Part shown: positions 43,952-59,021 of the stretch, in pieces | Position numbering within the stretch: position 1 is the first letter of the stretch | How the letters are laid out: each line of letters starts with the position of its first letter | DNA from: the human T2T-CHM13v2.0 reference genome, Homo sapiens | Assembly: GCF_009914755.1 (NCBI RefSeq) | Contig: NC_060925.1 | Strand: one strand, 5' to 3' | Length of the DNA stretch: 64,000 bases | Notes under the pieces: model-generated | The model's input: only the letters and a program-made list of their open reading frames with translations | Told to the model about the DNA's origin: nothing | The model's database searches: none | Program-made: the position numbers and the translations under genes

Positions 43952-44809
43952 GAAGTAGATAGACCACTAGCTGGACTAATGAGGAAAGGAGAGAAGATTC
44001 AGATAAACACAATCAGAAACAACAAGAGAGATATTACCGCTGATCCCACATAAATACAAACAGCCATCAGAGAATATTATGAACATCTCTATGCATATAA
44101 ACTAGACAATCTAGAAGAAATCCCTAGACACATACACCCTCCCAAAACTGAATGAGAAATAAATTGAATCCCTGAACAGACCAATAATGAGCTCTGAAAT
44201 TAAGGCAGTAATAAATGGCCTATCAACCAAAAAAGCCCAGGACCAGATAGACTCACAGGTGAATTCTACCAGATGTACAAATAAAAACTGATGCCATTCT
44301 TACTGAAATTATTCCAAAAAAAAAAAATTGAGGAAAAGGGACTCTCTGTAACTCATTCTATGAGCTAGCATCATCCTGGCACCAAAACCTGACAAAGATA
44401 CAACAACAAAAAAAGAAAACTTCAGGCCAATATCCTTGATGAACATCTATGCAAAAATCCTCAACACAATACTGGCAAACCAAATCCAGCAGCACATCAA
44501 AAAGTTTGTTCACCACAATCAAGTAGGCTTTATCCCTGGGATGCAAGGTAGGTTCAACATACACAAATCAATAAATGTGATACATCACATAAACAGAACT
44601 AAAGACAAAAACCACATGATTATCTCAATAGATGCAAAAAAGGCTTTTGATAAAATTTAACATGCATTCATGTTAAAAAAAAAACTCTCAATAAACTAGA
44701 TATTGAAGGAACACACCTGAAAATAATAAGCCATAATGACAAACCCATAGCCAACATCATACTGAATATGCAAAAGCTGGAAGCATTCCCCTTGAAAAGC
44801 TGCACATAA

Positions 44810-44902
<93 letters not shown>

Positions 44903-47121
44903 TAGGAAGAGAGGAAGTCAAACTATCCCTGTTTAAAGATGACATAATTTTGTGTCTAGAAAACCCCATAGTCTTGGCCCAAAATCTCCTTCAGCCAATA
45001 AACAACTTCAGCAAATTTCAGGGCACAAAATCAATGTATAAAAATCACTAGCATTCCTATATACCAACAGCCAAGCTGAGAGTCAAATCAGGAAGGCAAT
45101 CCCATTCACAACTGCTACAAAAAGAATAAAATACCTGGGAACACAGCTATCCCGGTAGGTGACAAGTCTCTACAATGAGAATTACAAAACACTGCTCAAA
45201 GAAATCAGAGAAGACACAAACAAATGAAGAACATCCCTGGCTCATGAATAGGAATAATCAATATTATTAAAATGGTCATACTGCCCAAAGCAATTTACAG
45301 ACTTATTGCTATTCCTACCAAAACTACCAACAACATTCGTCACAGAACTAGAAAAACTGTTTTGAATTCATATGGAACCAAAAAAGAACCTGAATAGCCA
45401 AGGCAATCCTAAGCAAAAAGAACAAAGCTGGAGGCATCACGCTACCCAACTTCAAACTATACTACAGAACCATAGTAACCAAATTAGCATCGTACTGGTA
45501 TGAAAATAGACACATAGACCAATGGAACAGAATAGAGAACCCAGAAATAAGGCACACCTACAACTATCTAATCTTCCACAAACCTAACTAAAACAAGCAA
45601 TGGGGAAAGTATTCCCTGTACAATAAATGGTTCTGGGATAACTGGCTAGCTATATGCAGAATATTAAAACTAGACCCCTTTCTTACACCATATAAAAGAT
45701 CACCTCAAGATGGATTAAAAACGTATAAGTGTAAAATCCAAAACTATAAAAACCCTGGAAGACAAACTAGGCAATACCACTCAGGACATAGGTAGAGGAA
45801 AATATTTCATGTTGAAGGTGCCAATAGCAATTGCAACAGAAGCAAAAATTGACAAATAGAATCTAATTAAACTTAGGAGCTTCTACACAGTAAAATAAAT
45901 TATCAACAGAATAAACAGACAACCTACAGAGTGGGAGAAAGTTTTGTAAACTATATATCCAACGAAGGTCTGATATCCAGCATCTCTAAGGAACTTACAC
46001 AAATTTACAAGAAAAAAACAAGCATCCCCATAAATAAAGTGGGCAAAAGACATGAACAGACACTTCTCAAAAGAAGACATTCATGCACCAACAATCATAT
46101 GAAAAAAAGCTCAACATCAGTGATCATTAGAAATTCAAATCAAAACCACAATGAGATACCATTTCACACCAGTCAGAATGGCTATTGTTAAAAAGTCAAA
46201 AAATAACAGATGTTGGGAAGGTTTATGGAGGGAAAGGAACATCTGTACACTGTCTGTAAAGTGCAAATTAGTTCAACCATTGTGGAAGACAGTATGGTGA
46301 TTCCTCAAAGACCTAAAGACAGAAATACCATTGAACTCAGCAATCCCATTACTGTGTATATACCCAAAGAAATATAACTTCTATTCTATAAGTTCTATTA
46401 TAAAGACACACCCACCTGTATGTTCATTACAGCACTATTCACAATACCAAAGATATGGAATTAACCTAAATGGCCATCAATGATAGACTGGATAAAGAAA
46501 ATGTGGTACATATATACCATGGAATACTATGCAGCCATAAGAAAATAATGAAATCATGTCTTTTGCGGGGACATGGATGGAGCTGGAGGCCATTATTCTT
46601 AGCAAACTTATGCAGAAACAGAAAGCCAAACACCACATATTCTCACTTATAAGTGGGAAGCTAAATGATGAGAACACATGAAAACATAAAGGGGAACAAC
46701 ACACACTGGGGCCCATCTGAGGGTGGAAGGTGGGCGGACAGAAGATCAGGAAGAGTAACTAACAGATACTAGGTTTAATATCTGGGTGATGAAATAATCT
46801 ACAACAAACCCCCATGACACAAGTTTGCCTATGTAACAAACCTGCACATGTACCCCTGAACTTAAAAGTTTAAAAAGTTGCTGAATTGACAAATAAAACT
46901 CTAAAATATTACAAATGTGAAAGACTCTTCTAGCAATGATGAGGAAAGTTGAAGAATGCTTGTGGTTTACATCTTAACCCTTAGGAATTAAATGCAAACT
47001 AAAGTGTATCTGAACCATTTCATTCCTAAGAAAATAATACTGCAGACCTAAGTCAGGGTCACAGTTGGGGCTACTTGACCATGTTCTTGCCCTGGCCTGT
47101 TTGTCATTAAGGATGCACTTA

Positions 47122-47404
47122 GGCCAGGTACGGCGGCTCATGCCTGTAATTCCAGCATTTTGGGAGGCCAAGGAGGGCAGATCACCTGAGCCCAGAAGTT
47201 CGAGACCGGCCTAGGCAGCATGGCAAGACCCAGTCTCTATGAAAAAATACAAAAATTAGCTGGGCATAGTGATGCACACCTGTAGTTCTATCTACTCAGA
47301 AGGCTGAGGTGGGAGAATCACCTGAGTCATGATCGTGCACTGCACTCCAACCTGGGTGACAGAGTGAAACTCCATCTCAAAAATAATAATAATAATGATA
47401 ATAA
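47122..47404 (+). mobile_element. AluJ-like element with right-arm deletion and (AAT)n tail
   Basis: TSD attaaggatgca; 'cacctgagtcatgatc' junction lacks ~25 nt. Confidence 0.92.
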
Positions 47405-48769
47405 ATTAAGGATGCATTTTTCCTAAGGCAGCTGCAAAGATTAAGAGGCTCTGCCCACAAAATGCCAACTATGAAAACACCAGCTCGTTGGTTTAAATGA
47501 TCATTCCCAGCCTGCACCCATTATTTTTCCTGCAATGCCTGCTTTGGGATCACCTTGTGAGTTATGTAGAATGACACAAAGATTTGAAAAAGAAATCCCA
47601 ATAAACAGAACCTTTAAATAATAGATTTTCTTCCTTGGACCCAGCTTGTGAAAGAGCCACATAGGACTTTCTTACCACCCTCTGTACCATACTAGAAATA
47701 AGGTGAGAAGTTTGGGCTGCTGTCTCATGGTAATAGATCAAAGAAATGAACCAGCCACCCACTGTCCAAAAATAATCATACTTCTCTTTACCTAGCTAAG
47801 AAGGAAGAGAAAGAAGAGAAATTGTGAGCTTTGCCAATTGTATATTTTTCCTCCAAGAAAGATTTCCTTTGAGTTGTTCTAGACTAAAAGCTATTAACAC
47901 TTCTTTTTAAAGTTCTAGAGAAGCTGTAAAATACCTTAATATTTTATTCCCTTCATTGTCAGAGATTATCTCTTCCCCAAGTACTTGAAGATCTGAAGTA
48001 GAAATCTGCAACATTTCTTCCAATTCAGTGTGCATTTTTGGATGTTGTCGTTCTGGTGCTAGCAACCAACATGCTTACATGTAAAATTATATGAACTGCT
48101 AATATCCAAAGGAATACAAAGCCTTATCAATAGGCAGCTGCAGAACTCTGGCTTCCTGTGTGAATCTAGAGAGCTGTACCAGGAGGGAGAAAGTGAGGGC
48201 TCCTGAGGTGTCAGAGCATCTGCTTCTACCCAATACCTAGGGGCTTTCTTGAACAGGCAAAAATGGGAGAACACAGGAGGGAAGCCAACTCAAGGCTGTA
48301 AAAGAGAGAGATTTATAACTGTTTCTTGGAGCTGAAGATTCCATGAAAGGTCCCTGCTGTGCAAAGATGACCCCTACGTAAAAGGGGAGGATTCAGCCAT
48401 TGCAGACATCAGACAAAGAAGCCAGCCCTCCTTGTGGGCAAAGACGGAGCTCCACTTGGGTCTCATTATCTCCTTCCTGCCTTTAAGGCCCCTTCTCTTT
48501 GATGCCATCCCATTGGCCCAAAGGCAAGCTAAGACAAAAGATTACCTTCCAGAAAGGACAATTTTTTAAAATTAAATGCTAATTAGAGTCTCCCCTATTC
48601 TTCCAGAATAATCTGGTATTTTTATTTCTTGGGCATAGGTTGTATACGTCCTCAAAAACAAAAGAATGCTTGCCTCTAAAATTGCCACCAAAATTCAACA
48701 TATCTAGACCCTCCATCACCTGTTAGACACAAACAATAGAAGAAATGATTCTTTGAGAGGATTCTTGCC

Positions 48770-49190
48770 CCGCAGGCGAGTCAGCAAATGCATGCAACTG
48801 GCAGATATGCAGCAATGCGCTACATACACTGTTGGCGATTTAGGGGCTATTCAACATGCCTCTGTCTCTAAAACACTTATAATCTAATGACTGTACAAAT
48901 TAAATAAATAAAATAGCAATGCGAGGAATAGCACATGGCTATTTCAAAAGGGATGAGACAAGTCATATAAACATAAGCACTGTGGAGACTGGAGCGGGAG
49001 AGAGATTAGGTTTGGAATGGCAAGAAAGGCTACATCAAAAAGAGTGTGGAGCTGGTCATTAAAGGATGGAGAGGATTTATACAAGTTTAAAGTACAAGAA
49101 AGTACAGCCAGGGGATGGCATTCTATGGATGACACGTGGGAGTTGGAGCAGTACAGGCAGTTAAAGCAAAGACAGGCAGTGCACCCAGGC
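48770..49190 (-). mobile_element. L2 fragment
   Basis: 'ggagctggtcattaaaggatggagaggattt' and L2-like tail. Confidence 0.5.
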
Positions 49191-50477
49191 TGTGGATTCT
49201 GCCTCTTGCGGAGTGCACCCAGGAGGCTCTCATCTGCACGCTTATTACCAGCCCCTGAAGTACTCCATTATTTTATTAGTTCCCCATATAAATTATTTAT
49301 CTAAGAGATTGCTGATGCTGACCAGCTCTGATAAGTAATGTCTTCTTTGGGAAATGCTGCTGGAGGGACTAGAGTCTCCTGTGACTGCCAAAACATTGAA
49401 AATCAATTTTAATTCCTTGTGTGTGTATGTGCGAAGGTCTTAGAGAATGGGGGTTGTTCAGATGGTGGCTGCCCTTTCTAGTGGGTCTCCATCAGATCTC
49501 CAAATTAAATTTCTGGGGGCAACGTTAAAGAAGTCGCTTGGGATGCAACTTCTGGTGGTGTTTGCTATAAAGCAACTCATAATCACTTGACTGGGAGCAG
49601 CACATTAAAAGTCACCTCATTTTATCTCCAATATGCTTCCTTTGAAAAAAGTCACCTTGCAGCCACTTTTGCAGAACAATTTGTTAGTGTATTTACCTTC
49701 TCCTCGTCATTCAGGCTTAGCTTAGCAGTCAGAAGGAGAGCATTACTTTTCAGCCTGTTTCTAAAAGCTCATAAAAGCTGTCCACAACTGCTTTTGCTTC
49801 CTGTACCAGCAAATGCCTCCCTTTACTACTCAGCTGCCAGTGTTTTCTTTGGTGCTCTATGGGGCTGCCCTGCTTGTTAATGATGGCAACAAATAATTGC
49901 CAATAACACGCCCCTTTTCAGGAAACCTGAGCTATAGTCAGTAAAAATGTACAAAGCAGATATGCAGCCTGATGTGGGGAGAGCAGACATTAAATGAAGT
50001 GGGATGGTGGCTTGATTCACTTCACAAAATATTCTTCCATGTACGTGGCAGGCTTCCTTTGTGCCCTTTCAAATCTGACTCAACTTACAAAATTAAACAC
50101 AAGTCACCTTTTCCTCTATCAAAGTAGAGATAACATATAGATTTCACGAATCTAACATCAGGCTTTGCCTGTGGAAGAACAATTAATGTCAACATAGGTG
50201 ATGTACCCATTTGACCATATTGGGTATCCTGAGCCTTCAGCATCCTGGTCTCAAATATATATATAATGTATGTGTATATATACATACACATGGAGAAAAA
50301 CGCAAGTAAGTTCACTGTGTATGTTCACCATGTGCACTGTGGCTGCCTCTGAGCTGCATGGGTGAAGTACATGGCCCGTGAGGACTCTTACTGGAGCTGA
50401 GCACCCTCAGACCAAGGCAGCTGGACCACAAGGGAAAGGCCGCCAACCCCTGGACCTTTACTTCAGATCTCTCCTGG

Positions 50478-50772
50478 AATATATGTATATATACATATAT
50501 ACACATACAGTACATAACAGAGATGAGATATATATGAGAGACATGAGAGATATATGAGAAAGATATGCGAGAGACATGAAAGAGGTGAGAGATAAAGAGA
50601 AGTGAAGGGGGTGACAGAAAACGGGGTGAGAAAGAAGTGAGACGTGAGAGAAAGGGGTAACAAAAAGAGGGGTGAGAAGGGAGGTGATAGGGAGTGAGGG
50701 GGGTTGATGGAGGTGCGAGAGAGGTGTGAGACAAAGAGATGGGTGAGAGGCGGATGATATATATACACATCT
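50478..50772. repeat. GA-rich low-complexity tract flanked by (TA)-rich repeats
   Basis: Strong purine bias on + strand, recurring GTGAG units. Confidence 0.85.
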
Positions 50773-51074
50773 CCATGGTTTGGCAACGTATCTGGACAAT
50801 TCTACAGACTTCTGCATTCCATTCCATTTCGTGTAGCGCTTGCTACATACTGAGCATGAAAACACCTACAACACTTATAAAGCTTCCACCAGAAGCTATG
50901 TTTATAAAGCTGCCATCCTTTCTGGAATTTCCTGTACATAGAGACACATTTGAGCCCATATTTATGAGCTTGGACTGTCTCCTGTGTTTTACGGACCATG
51001 TCATCGTGGAGGTAACCTGAGATCTGCAGTGGACTTGCCTCTAATTCCAACTTGCGTTTTTCTCCATGTGTACC

Positions 51075-51553
51075 TTGAAGTTAAAAAAGACCACTCAGAA
51101 TTGCTTTCAGCTTCAATAGTCACATTCACAAAGACATTAAGGGGCTAATTTCTCTCCGGCATAAGAAATCCAGAGGGAGGCTGTCCTCTGGTGCGGGGAC
51201 CACCCACCCTGTGCTCCTGCACTGCCCCCTCAGTGGTCATCTGTCATCCGCATGGTCACAGGGAACCTCTACACCTCCCAGCTTCAGCTCTTAGAAGAGG
51301 GTAGAAGGGCAGTGAGCAAGGGGAAAATGCAAGAGCCAGATGAACCTGTACCCCTCCCCCAAAGCCTTTCCAGAAGTTTCATCCAGTGACTTCTGATATC
51401 TCACTGGCTGGAACTGTTTTATTCAGCCACCTCTATTTGCAAAGAGGGACTGGGAAATAACTAGACTCTCTGTCACCCAAAACAAAGTCAGAGTTATAAT
51501 ACAGAAAACAGAGAGAAGAGTTGTCAGGCAGACAAGCTACAGTATCAGCCACA
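51075..51553 (-). mobile_element. MLT1J-like LTR
   Basis: 'ctcactggctggaactg...gcaaagagggactgggaaa...acagtatcagccaca'. Confidence 0.7.
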
Positions 51554-54500
51554 AACAGCAAGAATCCTTTTCTTTCTTTAGACACAAACTACAGCATGAA
51601 AATTAACATATGTTCCATAGGCTACAAATGAGAAATAATCACATTTCTTATAATGCCAACTAGAAATCTTCCTCCCCTGTTTTTCTTCTGCTGGCCTTGC
51701 AGATTTCTTACAGTTGGTGTTTACTGTGGCCAAACCTAATTCATTCATTTATGAAGCTATCTCAGGCACCAGCAGATGTCATAAACTATTCATCTCTGGA
51801 ATGTTTATATTTGAGAAGGTCACAGTATTGAGTATATGTATACCCCAAGGCCTCCTCTCTCTGTTTCGGCCTCTTGTGGCCTAGGCCTGCTATTTTCCTT
51901 TAAACAGTGAAATGAGATGTACACAGCTCAAAATACATATTGGTGTTTTCCCACAAGCTCCAGAGAACTCCCAATAACAGGTGTGGATGCTCTCTGACTC
52001 TTGGTTCTCCTCTCCATCTCTCTAGCCCTCCCCACCAATTTCCATCATCTGCAAGTATCTAATGATTAAGACAACTTTACTCTTTGTCACCATTAAAACA
52101 AAACAAAACAAAACAAAAACACTGAACATTTCTGGGCTCTTAACCTCAAAATGCAGAAGAGGGGAAATTTCAGCTCCTGGTTCTTTCATTCAGAAACCCC
52201 AAATAAGAAGGGAGATTAAAAGAGAGCAGTCCCACCTTTTCAAGGCATAGTGGGCCTGGAACCCCCTCTACAACACAACCCTTTGCTCATTTGCCCTTTG
52301 GCATGGTGTTAGAGCTGAAATAGATATGGGCAGTCACGCACACAGGTGAGGGAGTTATGACACTCGTCCTGCTGGAGATGGGCTTTGGAGTGAAGACTGC
52401 CATGCCCCAGAAACGTTGATTTATTTTCCATGGCACTTTAATTTGAATTAAACCAGAGCAATAACTGATAAACATAACCGAACCTATTTTAACATGAGGA
52501 CAGTGACGTTTAACAGTGACAAACGCAAGCACCCAAAGCCAAGGTCACCTCTGATTACTGCTTGCAGTTTCTAGTTCCATAAAGCATAGTCTAGTTCCTC
52601 CCACTTTTCACCTCACACTCAAGATCCCTTCAGGGGTCGCCTTCTCTCAGTAGATTTGGTTTTGTGGCAAGCCTGCCCCACCCAGCTCCCACTGCCGCCT
52701 GCTCCTCTGCAGCCGCTGGCTCTTGATCATCCCTGCCTACTCTCCCTGAGGCCTCCACTTGCCTGTCAGCTCCCAGAGTCCCGCGATGCAGCCCTCTTTC
52801 CACGTTGCTGCTACCACTTGCAGGCCTCAAAGTCTTGGGGGAGGCAGGTGTTAGGGAAGCAACTCTCCTCTTCACTGATAGAGGCCCACACAGTGCTTGG
52901 TTTGCATTCCACCCAACGTTATTGACGTCATTAGCACAAAGGTTTGTGCTAGGAAACCATTTTACTGAAGGCTCACATGGATAACGTCAGGGCAATGTCA
53001 GATATTCTGCATAGTACAGATCTAGAGCTACCAACGCTGCAAGGCACACATTGCTATCGTTTGGATCTGCAAAGCCCACAGCCAATTCTCAATCGAGTCC
53101 ATTCTCCCTTCTATTCACAGCAAGGAACCCACCAGAACTCCACTCCAGGGGAAATCTTCCTCACCACTAGCATCAGAGCAGACACATCAGAACAGTCTCT
53201 CTGGCCCCAGGGAGAATATGCTTTTACATGACTGTGGTTTTACACAGACACTTAACTTCCCGATTTTAGATGAGACCCAAGGCTATGGCTTTTATGACCC
53301 AAAAAAACCCATTAAAGTGTGTTCCTAAACAAAAGAATACATTTTCCCCTGAGGTGAGGTAAATGCTGTGACTCCCCTAGAACAGAAAAAAAAAAAAAGC
53401 ATCTATATTTAGTTCCTTATTTAATAGTAAGTTCCCTTTCACTGAATCTGCCTTGGGAGCTGTGACTGTGTGTTCAGAGCTCCAGATTCCAATTCCAGTG
53501 CTGTCACAAGCTGTATGACTTGGGACAAATGCTCCCATTTCTTTAGGTCTCAGTCTGGGGTGGAGTTGTGGGGAGATAAATGATCTCTAAGACTTCTAGC
53601 ATTAAAATTCTAAAATGTCATTCAAGACTTGGTCATAATTGAGAAATCAAAAACATCAAGATTCACATGTCTCAAAAAATATTTCTGGCTTGGGAATAAG
53701 GCTAAATTTGCCTACGATTCTCCTCAGGCAGAAGGGCAGGATTAGAGGGTTGGAGCACAATTGAATGCAAAGCTATTTCAGCAGCCCTGGGTTCCAGCTG
53801 AGAAGCCCAGCAAGCAGGCTTCTAATAGCCTCCACTGACCCCATAGAGAGCTGACTTTGCTCCCTGGGGGTGATATTGGAGAGCTGATGCCTTACAGGCA
53901 GCACAAGCAGGAATTTTATTATTATTGGTTTTGCAATTTGTTCGCATTTTGCTGTCATTTGCCTTGGTGGCCGTGGACCTCGACATTAAGATTTCGATTC
54001 CATTCCCCCCGGGGCTTCTGTGCTTTATGGAGATCGCTAGTGTTTGCCGTCTTTATTGAAGTTGGTGTACAGCCCCTGGCTGCTGTGTTGAGCATAATCA
54101 AATGTCATTTATGAAGTCCTCCTGCCACTGGAGGACTGAGAGCTGTGTGCCCCATGCCTGAGCAACTGGAAGAGACAGGCAACCACAGAAGCGGACTTTC
54201 AGGTGCTGATAAATTACGAGGCTGAGGCTTGATTATTTCTAACCCTGGCTTGCCTGTTGTGAGTTATAGGTCACTTAAGTCTGCTCCAATGAGTTTCTTC
54301 TGGCTGGGAGTGATCTCAGGTGCTGCCTGACAACTGAGCCATATTCCTCTTCCTGTGTCTTTTGCCTAGAATAAGCAGGCCACGAGAGGCAACACAAACA
54401 GAACAAGCAACAGATGTAGATTCTGAACAGCTTTCTCACCCTGGCTCAGCCATACTTTCACTGTGTAACCCTGACAAAGTCATTTCTCAGCCTCAGTTTA

Positions 54501-55803
54501 CTTATCCATAGAGTTATCTTTTGATTAAATAATCACTGAGGATCATTGTATTCTAAATTGTTCTTTGTTACTTTGATGTAATATTTCATCCTGCCTTCAT
54601 TTTGGATGCCCGACTCCTGACTTATGTGCATGCCCTTCTTTCTGAATCTTTCTGATTACGTTACTGCAAATTCTATAATTTTGGTATTTGATCTTGGAAT
54701 GATTGTGACCTACTCAATAACTTTTCTTCCAAATTCTTTTTCCTCTGGTTCCTGACACTAACTGGAACTCCATTAATAACTGTAAATCCATTACATATAC
54801 TCACTAAGGTCACTAATGGCCTGCATGTTGCAAAATCCAATGGACTCATTTTAGTTTCTTCTCTTACTTGATATCTCAACAGAAACCAATACAGCTAGCC
54901 ACCCTTCTTTCTTGATATATTTGCTTTGATAATGTCATGAGCTCCTGCTTTTTTCTCAATCTCACTGGCTACTTCTCATTTATGCAACCTCTAAATAATA
55001 ACTATCTGCCAACTCCCACGCTTATATCTGCAGGTCATACTTCTGAGTTCCAGATCCATACATACAATGTCTATTTAGCATCTCTGTTTACATGTCCTAC
55101 AGACTCCTCAAATTCATTGTGCACTGAACTAAACTCCTTATCTTTCCCCCACCTAAAATTGGCTTCTTCCTAGAGAGTTCAGGTAAATGGCATCTCAATT
55201 CACTTGTTAGCCCATGACAGTAACCTAAGAGTCATCCTTAACAACTCCCTTTCCTCCATCCAATTCAATGGTTTATACTTTCTAAATCTATCCCAAATAA
55301 ATCATGTACTTTCCATCTATCTCCATAATCATGCCCAGTCCACGTCACACTTCTTCCAGGTCACCACGAAGGTGTCCCTGCTTCTAGGATTACTCCTGGT
55401 CTTAATTCATTCTTTTTACAGTAATTTATGTGATCATTTCTAAATACAAATCTGCCCCCCTCACTGTCCTGTTTACATTCCTTTATTGGGCTTCCATTGC
55501 TTTACAGGTTAAAGTTCAAAGCCTTCTATGTGACTTCCAAGGTGTTACATGATGGGTGGATTCCTTTGGGAACACTGGCCTCTGATCTTCTTCCAATTCT
55601 GCAAATTTTCTGTGCCATTTATAGCCTTGCAGATTTGAAAGATGACCTTCCCTCTCCTTGAAATACAAATTTTCACCTGGCCACCTTCACCTCCTACTGA
55701 CTTTTCATTACAAATCTTCCATCTAAATCAAGTGTTCTCTCATTCTCCCCCATAACACCTTATAATGTTTCTTCATACAATCATTGCTATTTTAAATTAT
55801 ACA

Positions 55804-56541
<738 letters not shown>

Positions 56542-57008
56542 TATTATTTTATTTGATTAGTTAATATTGCTCTCTGTATTTAGACTATAAACTCCCTCAA
56601 GGCAGTGCCTATGTGTGTTTTCTACTTCTCTCTACCTCTGATGCCTTTTTCTGAAGCTCTTATATATTAAAGAATCAATGTTGAATGACTTAACACATCC
56701 TAATTTCTGTTCATTCAATAGCTGCCTACTTGCTATAACTCTGAACCTCTTGCCCTAGTTTTTGACATATTAGTTTAATTAACGTCTTTGTAGCAGGATG
56801 TTAAACTAGAAGTTTTATCCAAGTTGCAGTTATAATGGACACCAAGTTCAGGTACACAATCAAGATGCCAACTTTCAGAGGAAATGATAAGAACCAGTGT
56901 TATAATTCTTAGATAGCCCCCGTCTTTCTGTCCACATTAATGATACAAGGGTTGAGAGAATGAATATGGGGAGAATATTTGTGATGAGCATCTCTTTGGA
57001 GATAGTGG

Positions 57009-57995
57009 TGTTATGAGCATTCCCTCTTGTCCACCTAACTTCAAGAGAAGAGTCACATGGAAATAATCAATGGGCCTCGTATGTGTCCCTACAGTTAAAT
57101 GGGGTTGGAGTACCTGCAGTGGGCTGATGTCTTATTGCCATTCTGGAAATCTAGAAAACAAAAGATAAGCTGGCAGCTGCATTGGTGGTAAAACAAAGAA
57201 GGGTTTCTTCTATGTTGACATGCTCAAAGTTTGACTGATCAAAGGATACCAAACAGAGTCAGAATTAGGAGATTTAAAATGCTTTTTAAAATAGTTCACC
57301 TAAATGGCACTAAGACCTTAACAAAGAGAATCTGGAAGTAGACTGTTGATTTTTAAGGACTGAAGAAGAACAAAGTCAGATAGAGAAGCATATATCCAGA
57401 TTAAGGAAATTCCAGATGAGAGACTATCTATGATGAGAAGTTTCCAAAGAGCATACAAAAGAGTCTCATGATAGAGACAGACAGACGTAAACATCTCTCA
57501 GGCCAACATCTCTCATCTCCTGTAACAGTGCCTGTAAGCTAAAAACTTCTCCACTCCTCTTATGTCTCCTTACATCCATACCACCTCCCATATTCCATAG
57601 TCCAGTTTAACCTGGGAGGGTCAGATAGAAAAAGAGAAGAAACCAACCACATCATCTTTCCCCAAGGCAGGAATCTCATCTGCAACATGCCACTAGCAGA
57701 AAAGAAAGTGAAAGAGTAAAATGTGACCTTTTGATGAAGCTGAAGTCTTTTGTTATTAATATACAGGAATGGACATTTTTAATTTCCAAACTGAGTCTGT
57801 GTTTGCAATTTTAAGTAAACATAGATTTTTTCTTTCCTGAAACTGACCAGAAAAGTCAAGCTGTTTATCCTAGTTTGTATCCATGGAAAGGCAGAGCCAC
57901 TACCACTGAGCAAGTGTGAAAGAACAGTAGAAGATAAATATAAAAGTGCTTTATGATCAAATCCCATGAGGCCTGACTATTCATAGTTACAGCAA
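57009..57995 (+). mobile_element. ancient LTR (LTR78-like)
   Basis: 3' part 'actgaccagaaaagtca...ataaaagtgctttatgat' resembles LTR78-family ends. Confidence 0.45.
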
Positions 57996-58077
57996 CATCT
58001 ATAATGCTGTGAGTAAATAACGCTTTTGAAGAAATAAGAGACATTTTGTACTTTTGATAGGTTCACGATATTTGAAG

Positions 58078-58460
58078 TATGTTAGGCTACTATAGCAAAG
58101 AAACCTTCAAAATGTATAATACAAATGCACACACAAAATTATTTCTTGCTGGTTGGATGAACAGTTGGCAATTATTCAAGGACCCAGACTAATGGAGGCT
58201 ATGCCATTGTCAAGATGTGGGTGTTATTCTTTATATATTCTCATTTCTGCCACCTTGAAAACACAATGAAGAAGACATGCATGGGAATTTTCAGAGGCCA
58301 AGCCTGGAAGTGGCACACGTCATTGCTGTGTCACCCTCCACTGGCAGGACTTCTATCACATAAATGCACCTACCAACAAGAGAGGCTAGACCCACAGTCT
58401 TTCTTCCCAGGAAGTAGAAAGCATAGACTTCAGTGAGAACCTAGCAGTTTCTGCTGCATG
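58078..58460 (-). mobile_element. old MLT1 LTR remnant
   Basis: 'attcaaggacccagactaatggaggct', 'gcctggaagtggcacacgtca'. Confidence 0.6.
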
Positions 58461-58719
58461 GAGCATTATAAAACTGTAATTATATGTTGCACTGATGCTC
58501 TCTGGCCTCATCAACCCATGGATATAAATGAGATTACATTAATATTTATGTCCAAATTTGCAAAGACATGTATATCAACTGATTGACCATAGACCCTCAA
58601 TGCCCCCTGTAAAAGCCTGTGCAGTTTGTTTGTGGGAGCTCCAGCAAGGTATTTAATGAGCTCAAAAATAATTCCATTAATGTTATTCTATTATGACTTC
58701 CTTATAGCAACAACAAAAA

Positions 58720-58940
58720 TAACACCAATAATAGCAAACACTTTCTGAGACCTTTCCACCTGCTAGTCACTACTTTAAGCCTTTACATATATTTGTTAAT
58801 TTAATCTTTAAATATTAGACCCATTTTTCAGATGAGGAAATCAAGGCACAGAGAGGTCAAGTAACTTACTGAAGGTTGAGGAGCTGGTGAGTGGCAGCGC
58901 AGGATACAAATCCACTCAGTCCAGCTCTAGAACTCCCTGC
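58720..58940 (-). mobile_element. MIR
   Basis: 'ccatttttcagatgaggaaatcaaggcacagagaggtcaagtaactt'. Confidence 0.8.
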
Positions 58941-59021
58941 TGGGTCTCTATATTCTCTCTCCTCCCACACCTGGGTCACCAATATACTCTAAAAAAACAA
59001 TAATGTCTATGATAAGGGTGT

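Noticed and set aside
50290-50478. Possible processed-pseudogene fragment between TA tracts
   Set aside because: No recognisable peptide, poly-A or TSD
50312-50865. Overlapping 107-171 aa minus-strand ORFs
   Set aside because: Produced by the CT-rich low-complexity strand, which lacks stops
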